Source: an uncultured Phycisphaerales bacterium
GTDB lineage: Bacteria > Planctomycetota > Phycisphaerae > Tepidisphaerales > Tepidisphaeraceae
Length of the DNA: 64,000 bases
Assembly: GCA_963758525.1 (NCBI GenBank)
Contig: CAVWVQ010000003.1
Coordinates: forward strand, 2,464,001 to 2,528,000
Direction: 5' to 3'
Every line of letters starts with the position of its first letter. The stretch's first letter is position 1. The notes under the pieces were generated by a model. It searched no databases. It was not told where the DNA came from and saw only the letters and a program-made list of their open reading frames with translations. Shown piece after piece: positions 8,382-19,202 of the stretch. Both the position numbers and the translations under genes were made by a program.

Positions 8382-11300
8382 TCATGATTTTTTCCTGTTG
8401 CCGTTGACGAGGCCTTCGAGTCCTTCATCGTCATTGTTCCGGTGCCGGCCCGAACCGATCGATTCGAGAATGGGCAGCGGATCGACGAAGTTCCAGGCCG
8501 GCATGGAGGAGAGCAGACTGCTCAGCAAAGAGCCGGCGCGGAAAATCCAGACGAAGTAGGCCAGCGACATTCCGATGGACATAAACGACGCGGTTCCCGC
8601 CCAGACTTTGACCTCCGAGTGCATGTTCTGCTTCATCGCGTCCAGGTCGACCCAGAGCTTGCTGTTGTTGGCCAGGAGCTTGCGCGTGCTGGCGAACTCG
8701 GCGCGCATCGATTCCCGATGGAGCAAATTCACCGCCGAGTCGTCCCGCGCCGGCGTGGGCGGAACGACGGGGGGCGCCGCTGCCGCTCGCTGCGCAGCGT
8801 TGGCCGCGGCTCTCGGAACCGGGCGGGCCGCCGGCGCGGCGGCGGGGGTCGCGCCCGGCGTCTTGCTCGCAGGCGGCGAAACGTCGGTGGAATCCGGGGC
8901 CGGAGCAGACTTGCCATCGTCTCCAGTAGCTGAAGTGGAATCCGAATCGTTCGTCGTGGTCTTTGCGACAATCGAATCGGACAGCTTCGAATTTTGATTG
9001 GGAGCAGACGCCGGCGCAACAGTTGGAACCACGGGAGGCGCAGGCGAGGGCGCGGGGGCAATCGGAACGGCCTGACGTTTCAGCTGGAACGCAACGGCGC
9101 CGGTCGTCCGCCCCACCGCATCCTGGGCCTCGAACTGGAACGTGTCGGGGAAAGGCACGCCGCCGGCTGGCGCGTAGCTGACGGCGCCGCTGTCGAGGTC
9201 ATCGCGCGTGAAGGAGCCGTTCACGCTCAGCGGAGTCCCATCGAGCAGCAATGTTCCATGCTGGGGCAGCGAGAGAATGACGTAAGAAACGCCCTCGGCC
9301 GCGCCCGTGGGCTCGGCGACGTAGAGGGAGTCTGTTGTGATCGGAGCGGGTCCCTGGTTGGGGAGATCCAAAGATGACCGGCGAACCAGCAGCGGCGCGG
9401 GGATGACGGTGACCGCCGCCTGCACCGGGCTGCCGCCAAGGCCCGAGTCCGATGGTGACACCGACGCCTGAATGGTAAACGCACCAGGCGCAACCGAGCC
9501 GGCAGTTGGTGTGAAGCGGAGACCCGCCAGGCCCTGCGCGAAGGTGATAAAATCGCCGTCGCCGATCGGCGTGACCCCATTCTGCTGCACGAGAGAGCCG
9601 CCGGCAATGTTGGTGATCTTGAAGTACCCTGCCAATGAACCATCCGCCACATCCGGCGTGATCACCAGGCCGGTGCTGGTGCGATGACCTTCCAGCACCT
9701 GCGTGTCCGTGACGCTCGGAGTATGCGCAATCGGCGTGACGTCCACCGCGATCGTCATCGTCGCGGACTGCGGCCCCGGAACGCCGGTGTTCCCCAGATC
9801 GTTGAGCGTGACGGCGAGCGTCGCCGGCCCCGAGTAATGCAGGGCGGGCGTGAAGATCAGGCCATCCAGCGCGGCGTCGAGAGAGCTCAGCGTCCCAGTC
9901 AATGTGATGGCAGATGCCGGGCTGTTCGACGACGAGGAGGTTGCCAGCGTGCCGTCGGTCGCCGACAGCGTGAGTTGTTCCGGATGGTTCTCCGAATCAA
10001 CGTCGGCAAGGGTGATGCCGTCGCCACCGGCCGGTGAGAGTCCGAGCGGCACATCCTCGACTGTGGACTGCGCCGGCGGGCCGGAGATCGCGGGGGCGTC
10101 GTTTACGGCAACGACATCGATTGGGCGGTCGACCGGGTCGCTCGAAATAAACACATCAACGACGCTGAACTCGGCGCTCCTCGCCGCGACGGAAGGGTCG
10201 TGGCTGGAGTTTGCATACGCCACCGACTGCAGCGCTGACTGGTAGGTGGTCGCCGACGCAGCTCCGCTGAGCGTCAGCACTCCGTTGGCCGCGTCCCACG
10301 AACCGGCGATTCCGTTCTGATCCGTGAACTGCAGCGTATCCTCAGACGGAACGAATCCGATGACACGTACCGTCGCACCCGTGAGCGGCGCCGCGTTCTG
10401 GTCCGTGATGGTCAGGCCCGGAGAGATCTCGGCAGCGCCCTGACCTTCTGTGTACGCCAGCGCGCCCGAATCAACTGCGAGCGTCTGCTTGCGGGCGACC
10501 GACACGGTCGCCGTCACCACGCTTCCGCCGAGCCCCGAATCGTCGGAAGTTGTCGACGCCTGCACTTGAAAGCTGCCGGTTGGCGCGCTGCCGGCAACTG
10601 GAGTGAATTTCAGCCCGGCTTCTCCCTCCGCGAAGGGGATGAAATCTCCGCCAGCCACTGCGCTTCCATCTGAGAGGGCGAGGCTTCCGCCGGTGATTCC
10701 GGTGATTTTGAAATAGCCGGCGAGCGACGCATCCAGTGCATTTGGAGTGATCGCCAGCCCGCTTGTTGTTTGCGCGGTTTCGATCGTTTGCGCCGGCGAC
10801 ACGGATGGCTGATGGGCGATGCGGTCCACGGTGATCGACACGCTGTCCGTGTCAGAGAGCGCGCCGCTGGGTCCCACGTTAGCCGGATCGGCGGTAACGA
10901 TCTGAAGCGAAGCGGCGCCCGCATAGTGCAATGCCGGCGTGAAGATCAGTCCATTGAGCGCGGCCCGCAGTTTGGCAAGCGTGCCGGTGAACGACACGGA
11001 GGAATCGCCGATTCCCGTGCCGCTGGTGAGCGTAACCCCGGAACCGGCGGCAAGTGTGACGGCGCCGTTCGAGGCGGACAGCGTGACCAGGTCGGTTCCG
11101 GAGCCGATCGATCCGTCGTTGACGGAGATTAAGCGTGTGGATGAGAAGATCAGTGGCGCGTCCTCGGCAATCGTCTGCGCGACGGGCACTTGATTCACCG
11201 GAGGGCCGGCCACGGTGATCGAAGCCGTTGCGAGCGAGCCGCCAAGTCCTGCGGGATTGTTCGCGGTGGACGCCTGAACGTGGAACGTGCCAGTTGCGAG

Positions 11301-14300
11301 GGAGCCGTTTGTCGGCATGAAGCGAAGTCCCGCGGAGCCCTGGGCGGCGGTGACAAAGTCGCCGTTGAGGATCGCGTTTCCGTTTTGATCGAAGAGCGTT
11401 CCGCCCGTAATGCCGGTGATTTGAAAGTAGCTTACCACCGGTCCGTCGATCGCATTGCGGGCAATCACCAGCCCGCTGGACGTCTCCTGGTTGATGACCG
11501 TCTTCGCATTCGTGATTGATGGCGTATGAGCGACCGCTGTGATCGCTAATGCAATTGTCGCATTGGCGCTATTGACCCCTTCGCTCACGGAAGCGGCGAG
11601 GCTGGCGCTGCCCACATAGTGCGTCGCCGGCACAAACTGCAGGCCGTTCATCGCGTTGTTCAGGCTTGTCAATGTTCCGGTGAACGTCAGGGAAGCCGCG
11701 CCGGACGCCGTGCCGCTGGTAAAGGAGATTCCGGAGACGCTTGCGAGCGTGAGTGTCCCATTTGTCGCCGTCAGAGTGACAGAGGCGTTACCGTTCGCGT
11801 TGCCAGGATCGCTCACGCTGATCGCGTCGGAGTTTCCGGCGGAGAAGACCAGCGGCGCATCTTCCGCGGTCGTTCCTGTGGCAGGCGCGGCGAGCGAGGG
11901 AACGGGTCGTATTGTTATCGTTGCAGCGACGATCGATCCGCCGAGCCCCGAAGCGCTGTTCGATGTCGAGGCTTGGACGCTGAACAAGCCTGCTGCCGTC
12001 GAGTTGGTTGCGGGATTGAAAAGCAATCCTGCTTCGCCGGCGGCGAAGGTGATGAATTGGCCGTCGCTGATCAGATTTCCATTGCTGTCGGAAAGTGAAC
12101 CGCCGGCGATCCCGGTGATCTGGAAATATCCCGGTATCGACGTATCGAGCGAATTGGGGGTGATGACCAGACCGCTGGTGCTTTGGACATTTTCATTCGT
12201 GCTGGCGGTGGTGACCGACGGCGTGTGAGCGGCCTGATCGACAGTGATTGCGACCGACCCGTTCACGGCGTTGGAGCCTTCGCTCACTGAGATTGCCAGG
12301 CTTGCCGACCCGGAATAGTGCGTGCCCGGCACAAACTGCAGGCCGCTCAGAGCAGCATTGAGATGGGCGAACGTACCGCTGAAAGCGTCACTGCTGCTGC
12401 CGCTGAAACTGCCGCTGCTGAAGGTCAGACCAGTTGCACTTGCCAATATCAGCGTGCCATTGCTGGCGGTCAGCGTTACGGAAGCGGTCCCGCCGCTGTT
12501 GCCGGGATCGCTGACCGAGATTGCGTTTCCGTGGGCGGCGGAAAATACCAGCGAGGTATCCTCGTTGGCGGTCGCGTTGGTGGGCGAAACGAGAAGGGGC
12601 ACCGGCTTTACGACGATGCTGTCAGCCACGACCGAACCCCCAAGGCCAGACGCACTGTTGGATGTCGACGCCTGAATATCGAACATGCCGGCGACGGTCG
12701 AGTTGGTTGTGGGATTGAAAACCAATCCTGCTTCGCCGCTGGCGAAGGTGATGAACTGGCCGTTGCTGATCGGATTTCCATTATTGTCCGACAGTGACCC
12801 GCCGGTGATGCCGGTGATCTGGAAGTACCCCGACAGTGAAGAATTCAGTGCATTGGGAGTGATGACAAGACCGCTCGTGGTCGGCGTGTTTTCGTTGGTG
12901 GCAGCGGGGCTTGCCGTTGGAGTGTAGGCAACCTGGGCGACGGCGGGCGTTGCGTATAGCTGGAAGAAGACTCCATTGTTGTCGCCGGCTCCCTGCCCAT
13001 CCCAGGCGACCACCGCATGCGCGTCATACCAGGCGATCGCTGCATCCTGCTGATTGCCCTGGGTTGTGGTATTGACGAGAAATTGGCCGCCGTTGGCAGA
13101 CCCGTCCGCCTTGAACGCCTGTCCGAAGACGCCATTGCCGTTCCCATCGAGATTATTTCCGGCAGTCCACGCAACCAGATAGCTGCCGTCAGCGCGCACG
13201 GCAATCGCCGGCTTGGTCTCCATGGCGGCGCCGGGGTCGCTCAACTGCACCGGCGAGGCGTCCAGGGCGGTGCCGGCCGCATTGTACCGGCGCGTATAGA
13301 TGCCCTGACCAGGGCCACTCTCGGACCAGGCGACCACAAAGTTTCCCGAATCGTCGATGCCCACCGCGGAAAGATCTTGGTTATTGCCTCCGCTGGCGCC
13401 GACCAGGATTTCTGCCGATGGCGAGCCGGAGGCGGGAAGCAGAGCCGCCTTGATCGTCTGTGCAGGGTTCTTGTCCGTCCAAGTCACCACGCTGCCGCCC
13501 TGCGGGTCGGTTGCGATCGCGGGATTGGTCTGCGGTCCAGTGACGGTCGCGTTCATCAGAACGGCGCCGCCGTTGGCCGCTCCGGCGGCGGTGAAACGCT
13601 GCGCGTAAATTCCGTCGTTGTCGCCGGCCCGGTTTCCCTCATAAACAATGGTAAATGAACCGTCGGCTGCCATGGCGACAGCGGAGGGTGTATTGCCCTG
13701 TCTCGCGGAGCTGACCAGCGTATCACCGGTCAGCGCGGTTCCCGCCGCGTTAAACACCTTGGCGTAGACGCTATTCCCGTTACCGTTCCACGAGACAACG
13801 AACTGGCCCGATGTGTTCATCGCCACCGACGGCGCGGGGGAGCCGCCGGCCTGCAACGTGTTTACCTGAAATTGGCTTCCGACGGCAGTGCCGGACGCGT
13901 TGTACAGTTGGGCGTTCACTTCGCCGCCCGCGGCGCCATCCTCCCAGACCACGATAAAGTTGCCGGAATCATCCATCGCCACCGCAGGCAACTGCTGGTT
14001 GCCCCCGGTGGAGGCGGTGTTGACCAGTGTCTCGCCGCCCAAAGGCGTGCTGACCGGCCCGGCCGCCCCGATCGTGAAAGGCCTGCTGCCCGACAGCGGT
14101 CCGGCAGTTGCCGTCACGGTGCCGGTGCCGGTCGTAGAGGGGGCCAGGTAGAGACCCGAATTGCTCAGCGTGCCCGGCCCAGTCAGTGAATAATTAATCC
14201 CCGGCTGAGGCGACACCGCATCGCCGAACTGGTCTTGCACCGTTCCAGTGAACTGCTGCAGATCATTTGCCGGCACCGTGGCATTGGCTGGCGCGACAAC

Positions 14301-16176
14301 CACTAATGTCGCGGTTTGATGGACCATCACGTTCACGGAACTTGTGGTTGACAGTCCGCCTGCGTCGGTGACGGTCACCTGAAAAACGTAGGAGCCGGCT
14401 TTGCTGAACGTTGCCGTGGCGTTTTTCGAGGCATTGGTTCCGTTGCTGCTGAAATTGACTGCCGCCGGCGGTGTACCCGTAGTGCTCCAGGTGTAGGTAA
14501 GATTGGATGCGCCCCCATCGTCGGCCCCGAGAACGCTTAATGCCGTGGCGGTGCCGTTGACATTGTTCGGCGCCGCTGCCGCGGGCGTGGCCACCGTTGG
14601 AGGCGCGTTGACCGTGATCGTCACCGTTGCCGCGCTCGAAGTCAGAACGCCGTCAGTGGCCTTATAGGTAAATGAGTCTGTTCCGGTGTATCCGGAAGTG
14701 GGGGTATATGTGAACCCTCCCTGCTTGGCCGGGTCCCATACAAGCGTGCCGTGCGCGGGATTGGTCTGCAGAATTGCGGTTAGCGGAGAGTTGAGAAAGT
14801 CGGTGTCATTCGATAACACTCCGGGAGCTGCGACCGTAAGTGTCTGATTTTTATTGACGGCATATTGGTCATTCGTCGCGGCGGGCGGGAGTAACAACAA
14901 CGTGTCCGCCCAGTTTCGCTGAACGGCACGGCTCATGGCGATGGGCGTTTGAATTCGGCCAGTGGCATATTCCAGATTCCAGTTTCCGCCCAGGGCTTTC
15001 TGCCCTGTCAGGTCAGTGCTGGCGGCCACGGCCGCGCCGCTCAGATTCGCAATTGCGTCGACAAACGCCTTTCCACTGCTTCCCTCGGCAACATCGCAGC
15101 CGTAGAGCAGCAGGTCGGCTCCTGAGGCAAGCGATTGACGCCATGCATTGATCGACGCGGCATAGGTGTCCAGGTCGCCGGCGCTGAGCAGCACGCTTCC
15201 AAGTTGCAGCTCCCCCGCATTGCCGTGCGTGATGAGGTGAATCGCCGTGATCCCAGTGCGCCCGGCGAGCGTGTCGGTGATTTGCGCGACGCCGTCGCGC
15301 GTCGGGTCTAGCAGCACGATTTGATCGCCGGGCGCGGCCTGCCGGACACCGGCGAGCAGCGTTTTCCAATGCGGGACAGAGGTATCCACAAAGACAATCG
15401 CTGTATTGCGATGAACAGTGGCAATATTCGGTTGAGCCCCCCTGCCGTGCGTGGCTAGCGTGTGCTTTTGGCCTGAAGTGCTGTCGACCTTCAGGGCTCC
15501 AGCGGGTGTCGGCTCTGGCGGCGCGCTGTCCGGCAGGCTTCCCGCCAGGTAGCGCTGGCTGAAAATTTCCTGTATGCCGGCCGGTCCTTTGCCGTGCCAT
15601 GAGACGGCGAAATCACCGGCCGAATCGATGGTGACGGCAGACCGTCGCGCCTCGCCCGTCTTGCTGCCCGACACGACGTATTCGTTGCCCGCAGGCTCGC
15701 CGGAGCTGTCGTATTCGCGAGCGCAAATCGCGCCGCCGTTTTCGCTGCTGGTCCAACTGACCACAAAGCTGCCCGACGCGTTCATCGCCACGGCAGGCTG
15801 TGCCTGATGTGCGGCGGCAGTCTGATTGATACGAAACTCGGAGCCGACCTGCGCGCACCGCTGTGTCAAATCGTTGGCCGTAAATGCCCGGCCCCTGCCC
15901 GTCCTGCCCGTTATCAGACCAGACGGCGACGTAGTTGCCCGATCGGTCGATTGCGATCACGGGGTTCAGCTCGGCGTAGGTCTTATTGGTATTGACGACC
16001 TTCTCGGTGCCCGTCAGCGAGAAGCTGAACATCATCCGCGATTCGAGCCGCTCAACCTCGGCTAGTTGCCGAAAGATGCAATTGAAGCGCAGGCTGCTTC
16101 CGATGGCGGCAGCGCATGCCAGCGAACGACGACAGAGCGAGCGCAACTGTTTCAAACCGATGGCTTGAGCAGACAT
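8382..16176 (-). CDS. giant surface protein/adhesin (LEPR-XLL, DUF4347, Ig/cadherin-like repeats, C-terminal TM); frameshift near 15855
   Basis: ERLESRMMFS motif in the frame of ORF 15613-16224, continuing into the 2495-aa ORF; DUF4347 (IVFVDTSV...LLYGCDVA...WNLE); repeated TPSVT..SGLVITPN and NEDT.LVFS units; Pro/Ala linker; hydrophobic tail. Confidence 0.9.
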
Positions 16177-16442
16177 CCTTGGATTCCCGAGGTGGAAAAA
16201 TCCGCGTTCGAATGCGCGTAGCATTCCAAGGATTGCTTATCGGCGTCGCTTGAATTTTGATGGACAGTTCAACGCCCCAGAAGGGGATGGTGTGGTTATC
16301 GGGCCTGCTCACCAGCGGACGAATTGCAAGGCCGCGCACTGGCTAAACCGCCAGCCCTGAGGCCCCTGCTTGCTTTCTTATCGGTATCATCGACAAGGCG
16401 TTCGGCAACCGAAGTTCCGCGAATCCTTAGACGCGCAGAGCT

Positions 16443-16505
16443 GTGTCGCACAGCCGTCCCGGCTGTGATTTCAAACGAGCTCACCCCTGAGAAGGCTGTG
16501 CTGCA
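16443..16505. repeat. degenerate REP-like palindrome
   Basis: GCACAGCCGTCCCGGCTGTG hairpin followed by a decayed inverted copy (...AAGGCTGTGCTGCA). Confidence 0.55.
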
Positions 16506-16517
16506 TCATGCTTCGCA

Positions 16518-17201
16518 CTATCGTGGAAGCGTGTCCGACGCGGCGCCCGACAACAGGTTCGCCAGTCGCGCATCAAGCAATGTTGGCTGAGTTGCGGGGT
16601 CCTGCTTGCGCAGTGCTACGGCCATCGTGTCTCGGTCTGCCGAAACTCTGCCCGACAGCTCCCCTTCCGCCCGGCTCCGCTTTTCATTCGCTTCAGCCAG
16701 CTCTTGTTGCAAATGATCGCGCTCGGTTTTCAGTTGCCCGGCGGCGTCCGACACGCCTTTCACCTGCTCGTCCGCGTGCCGCAGCTCCACCTGCGAGCGC
16801 GTGATCGTGGTTGCGGTCCACCCCACCGCTACCAGCAATGCCACAGCCATGGCACCCACCGTGCACCAGGCGATCAGCGAGCCGCGCCGGGCCGTGCGTG
16901 TCTCTTCCCACGCGCGGTCGGCATCGATGCGCGCCAGCCGGGCATCCTCCTGCGCGGTCTTCACTATGGCGGAAGTGGCCCCCAATGCGAACTGCACCTG
17001 GTTCTCCGCCTGCCCGGCCACGACGGACAGCGCATCGGCGCCAGGAGCCGCGATGTCGGCAACGTCAATCAACACTTCCAACTGCCCGGCGGCGGTCCGA
17101 CGGCTCTGTAATTTGCCGCTCTTCATCTGCCGTTCCACCGTGCGGGGATGCACTTTGAGCGCGGCGGCAGCTTCGGCGAATGTCACCCATTTATCCGGCA
17201 T
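16518..17201 (-). CDS. HTH (excisionase/MerR-like) + transmembrane helix + coiled-coil protein
   Basis: WVTFAEAAAALKVHPRTVERQMKSGKL HTH; TM LIAWCTVGAMAVALLVAVGW; helical heptad-rich C-terminus; GGAGG RBS before MPDKW. Confidence 0.8.
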   Translation of the reverse strand: MPDKWVTFAEAAAALKVHPRTVERQMKSGKLQSRRTAAGQLEVLIDVADIAAPGADALSVVAGQAENQVQFALGATSAIVKTAQEDARLARIDADRAWEETRTARRGSLIAWCTVGAMAVALLVAVGWTATTITRSQVELRHADEQVKGVSDAAGQLKTERDHLQQELAEANEKRSRAEGELSGRVSADRDTMAVALRKQDPATQPTLLDARLANLLSGAASDTLPR

Positions 17202-17264
17202 AGGTCCTCCATGACCTCTCAAGAATGTGTGCGAAAGTGAACAGGCCTACTGTCTGCACCAACA

Positions 17265-17297
17265 GTGACCGCGCTGACATCCCTGTCAGCGAGTCAC
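17265..17297. promoter_or_regulatory. inverted repeat upstream of the HTH-TM gene (operator or hairpin)
   Basis: GTGAC-CG-CGCTGACA-TCCC-TGTCAGCG-A-GTCAC followed by CTTTTT. Confidence 0.5.
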
Positions 17298-17390
17298 CTT
17301 TTTAGCCTCTGGGCGGCATCACTTCAAGGTCTGGCTGCGGAAAGCCAGCACAATTGCAGGACAATTGCATCGGTACTTTTGGAACGCAGT

Positions 17391-17450
17391 TGCAGTGCAG
17401 GCTTCCAGCCTCCCCGAGGTCGCCGAAGCAGGCTGGAAGCCTGGACCACA
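17391..17450. repeat. REP-like doublet
   Basis: CAGGCTTCCAGCCT ... AGGCTGGAAGCCTG inverted pair. Confidence 0.7.
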
Positions 17451-17798
17451 AACGCACATGGAATTGTGCTGCCCGCACGATTGCCTTGGCCTTATAAGTT
17501 TGTCGGACAAGCATGCAGCGTTCCTCCAAAGTTTTATCGGACCTGAAGTGGGCGGGCAAACGCCGGGCAACGCCCCAACTAATATGATTAACGTATATCT
17601 ATTTATGCATATGTATTAGGGCTGCCCAGTCCGAAGTTTTATTCGCCACGCTCCTCAGGATCCGCGAGCAGAGTCGATCCGGGCCTCCACGAACTCTTTT
17701 CGCTTGCAACGCAACATTTGCGCTGGCGGTAATCTTGCGTTTGTTCTCAAGCGCCGCGCATGGTGGTTGGCGCTTGATAGCGGGACGATTAGCTCCGA

Positions 17799-17865
17799 GT
17801 AGGGCGGGATTTATCCCGCCGATTTGCTGATTGCCGAGAAAACGGCGGGATGAATCCCGCCCTAC
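17799..17865. repeat. GTAG-family REP doublet (REPIN-like)
   Basis: GTAGGGCGGGATTTATCCCGCC ... GGCGGGATGAATCCCGCCCTAC. Confidence 0.85.
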
Positions 17866-18023
17866 AAACTCTGGATCTGCGTTCTCCACCTCAAAAGTTA
17901 CACCGACGGCAGACAAACGGCGGGAAAAGGCGGATGATCCCACGAAGGCCCACGAACGAATTCACCGTGTCTCTGCGGTCCCTTCGTGGAATCTATTGTA
18001 CAGTTCGCAGGCATCAGATAGAT

Positions 18024-18039
18024 TGTTCCACGTGGAACT
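18024..18039. promoter_or_regulatory. parS: parS centromere-like site
   Basis: TGTTCCACGTGGAACT is a 15/16 match to the palindrome TGTTCCACGTGGAACA and lies 46 nt upstream of parB. Confidence 0.88.
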
Positions 18040-18085
18040 TTGTCGTCAGGGGCCGTAACGGCCATTTGGGAAAGGAATCCCGATC

Positions 18086-19075
18086 ATGTCGAAGATATTG
18101 AAGCCACGGCTCGGCAGGGGGCTTAACAGCTTGATTTCCGTGGCCGATTTCCCAATTCACCGCGAAATACCGGCTGAATCCGACATAGCCGAGTTCGAAG
18201 TCGGCTCCGGCGGCCACAACGCATCAAACCCGCCCATGCCCACGTCGGATTCCCCGCCCGCACCCCAACTGCCGCCACCAACACAGGGTGTCGCAGAGTT
18301 GGCGATCGACGCAATCGTACCCAATCCGCACCAGCCGCGCCGACAGATGAATGATACTTCGCTGGCTGAGCTTGCCGCTAGTTTGAAGGGTACCGGCTTA
18401 ATCCAGCCGATTATTGTGCGCCAAGTGGGGGAACGCTACGAGCTTATTGCCGGTGAACGACGGTGGCGCGCGGCACAGCTCGCTGGATTCACGCACATCC
18501 CAGTGATCATCAAGGATGTGGATGCCTTTGCCCAGGCACAGATGGCGCTGGTAGAGAATATTCAGCGCGAGAATCTCAATCCCATCGATCGTGCGCAGGC
18601 CTATCGCATGTTGATGGCCCAGCTTGGTCTCACCCAAGCCGAGCTCGCCCAGCGGATGGGAGAGGATCGCAGCAGTATTGCCAATTATCTGAGATTACTG
18701 GACTTATCGGATGCCGTGCAGAAGTCCGTCATTGACGGGCGTCTGTCGCTTGGGCATGCCAAGCTCCTGGCAAGCGTGCCCGACATTCTGGAGCAGCAGC
18801 GTCTTGCACAACTCGCTTTGTCGCAGGAATTGTCCGTACGCAATTTGGAACGTCTGATTCAAGGACAAAAGCAGCAGCCGTCGACGACGCCAGTAAGCTC
18901 TGGTGGGTCTGCTCATCTAATGGATCTGGAAAAGAACCTGTCGCGGCAATTGGGGATCCGTGTGCAAATTCGTTCTGCCGGGCGCAGCAAGACGAAAGGC
19001 CGGCTGATCTGTCATTTCGCCAACCTCGATCAGTTTGACGAATTGATGGGACGGCTTGGTCTCTCTGCGGAATAG
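18086..19075 (+). CDS. parB: ParB/Spo0J chromosome partitioning protein
   Basis: LGRGLNSLI N-terminal peptide, PNPHQPR, IAGERRWRAA, ENIQRENL, HTH. Confidence 0.96.
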   Translation: MSKILKPRLGRGLNSLISVADFPIHREIPAESDIAEFEVGSGGHNASNPPMPTSDSPPAPQLPPPTQGVAELAIDAIVPNPHQPRRQMNDTSLAELAASLKGTGLIQPIIVRQVGERYELIAGERRWRAAQLAGFTHIPVIIKDVDAFAQAQMALVENIQRENLNPIDRAQAYRMLMAQLGLTQAELAQRMGEDRSSIANYLRLLDLSDAVQKSVIDGRLSLGHAKLLASVPDILEQQRLAQLALSQELSVRNLERLIQGQKQQPSTTPVSSGGSAHLMDLEKNLSRQLGIRVQIRSAGRSKTKGRLICHFANLDQFDELMGRLGLSAE

Positions 19076-19202
19076 CAGGTTAACTTTGGACGGCAAGCCG
19101 ACTTTCACGTCCCGCATCTTGCCCGGCAGAAATCTTCGTTTATCCTTTGCAGTACGCGTATTGTCCCACAAATGTCCGGCACTTGCCGGGTGGCCTTTGC
19201 AC

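Noticed and set aside
9400..12950. Long internal DNA repeats suggesting DGR template/variable repeats
   Set aside because: They are duplicated cadherin-like domains within the adhesin ORF, and no reverse transcriptase is present
16400..16480. Possible c-di-GMP-I riboswitch upstream of the adhesin (CTAAGG...GGTTGCCGAA on minus)
   Set aside because: The GGCAAA-stem-GAAA-stem-GACGCAAA core is absent and the region is occupied by a REP-like hairpin; an Infernal search would settle it
16518..17201. Prophage/ICE excisionase marking a mobile element
   Set aside because: No integrase, att repeats, tRNA or phage genes nearby, and the HTH is fused to a TM helix
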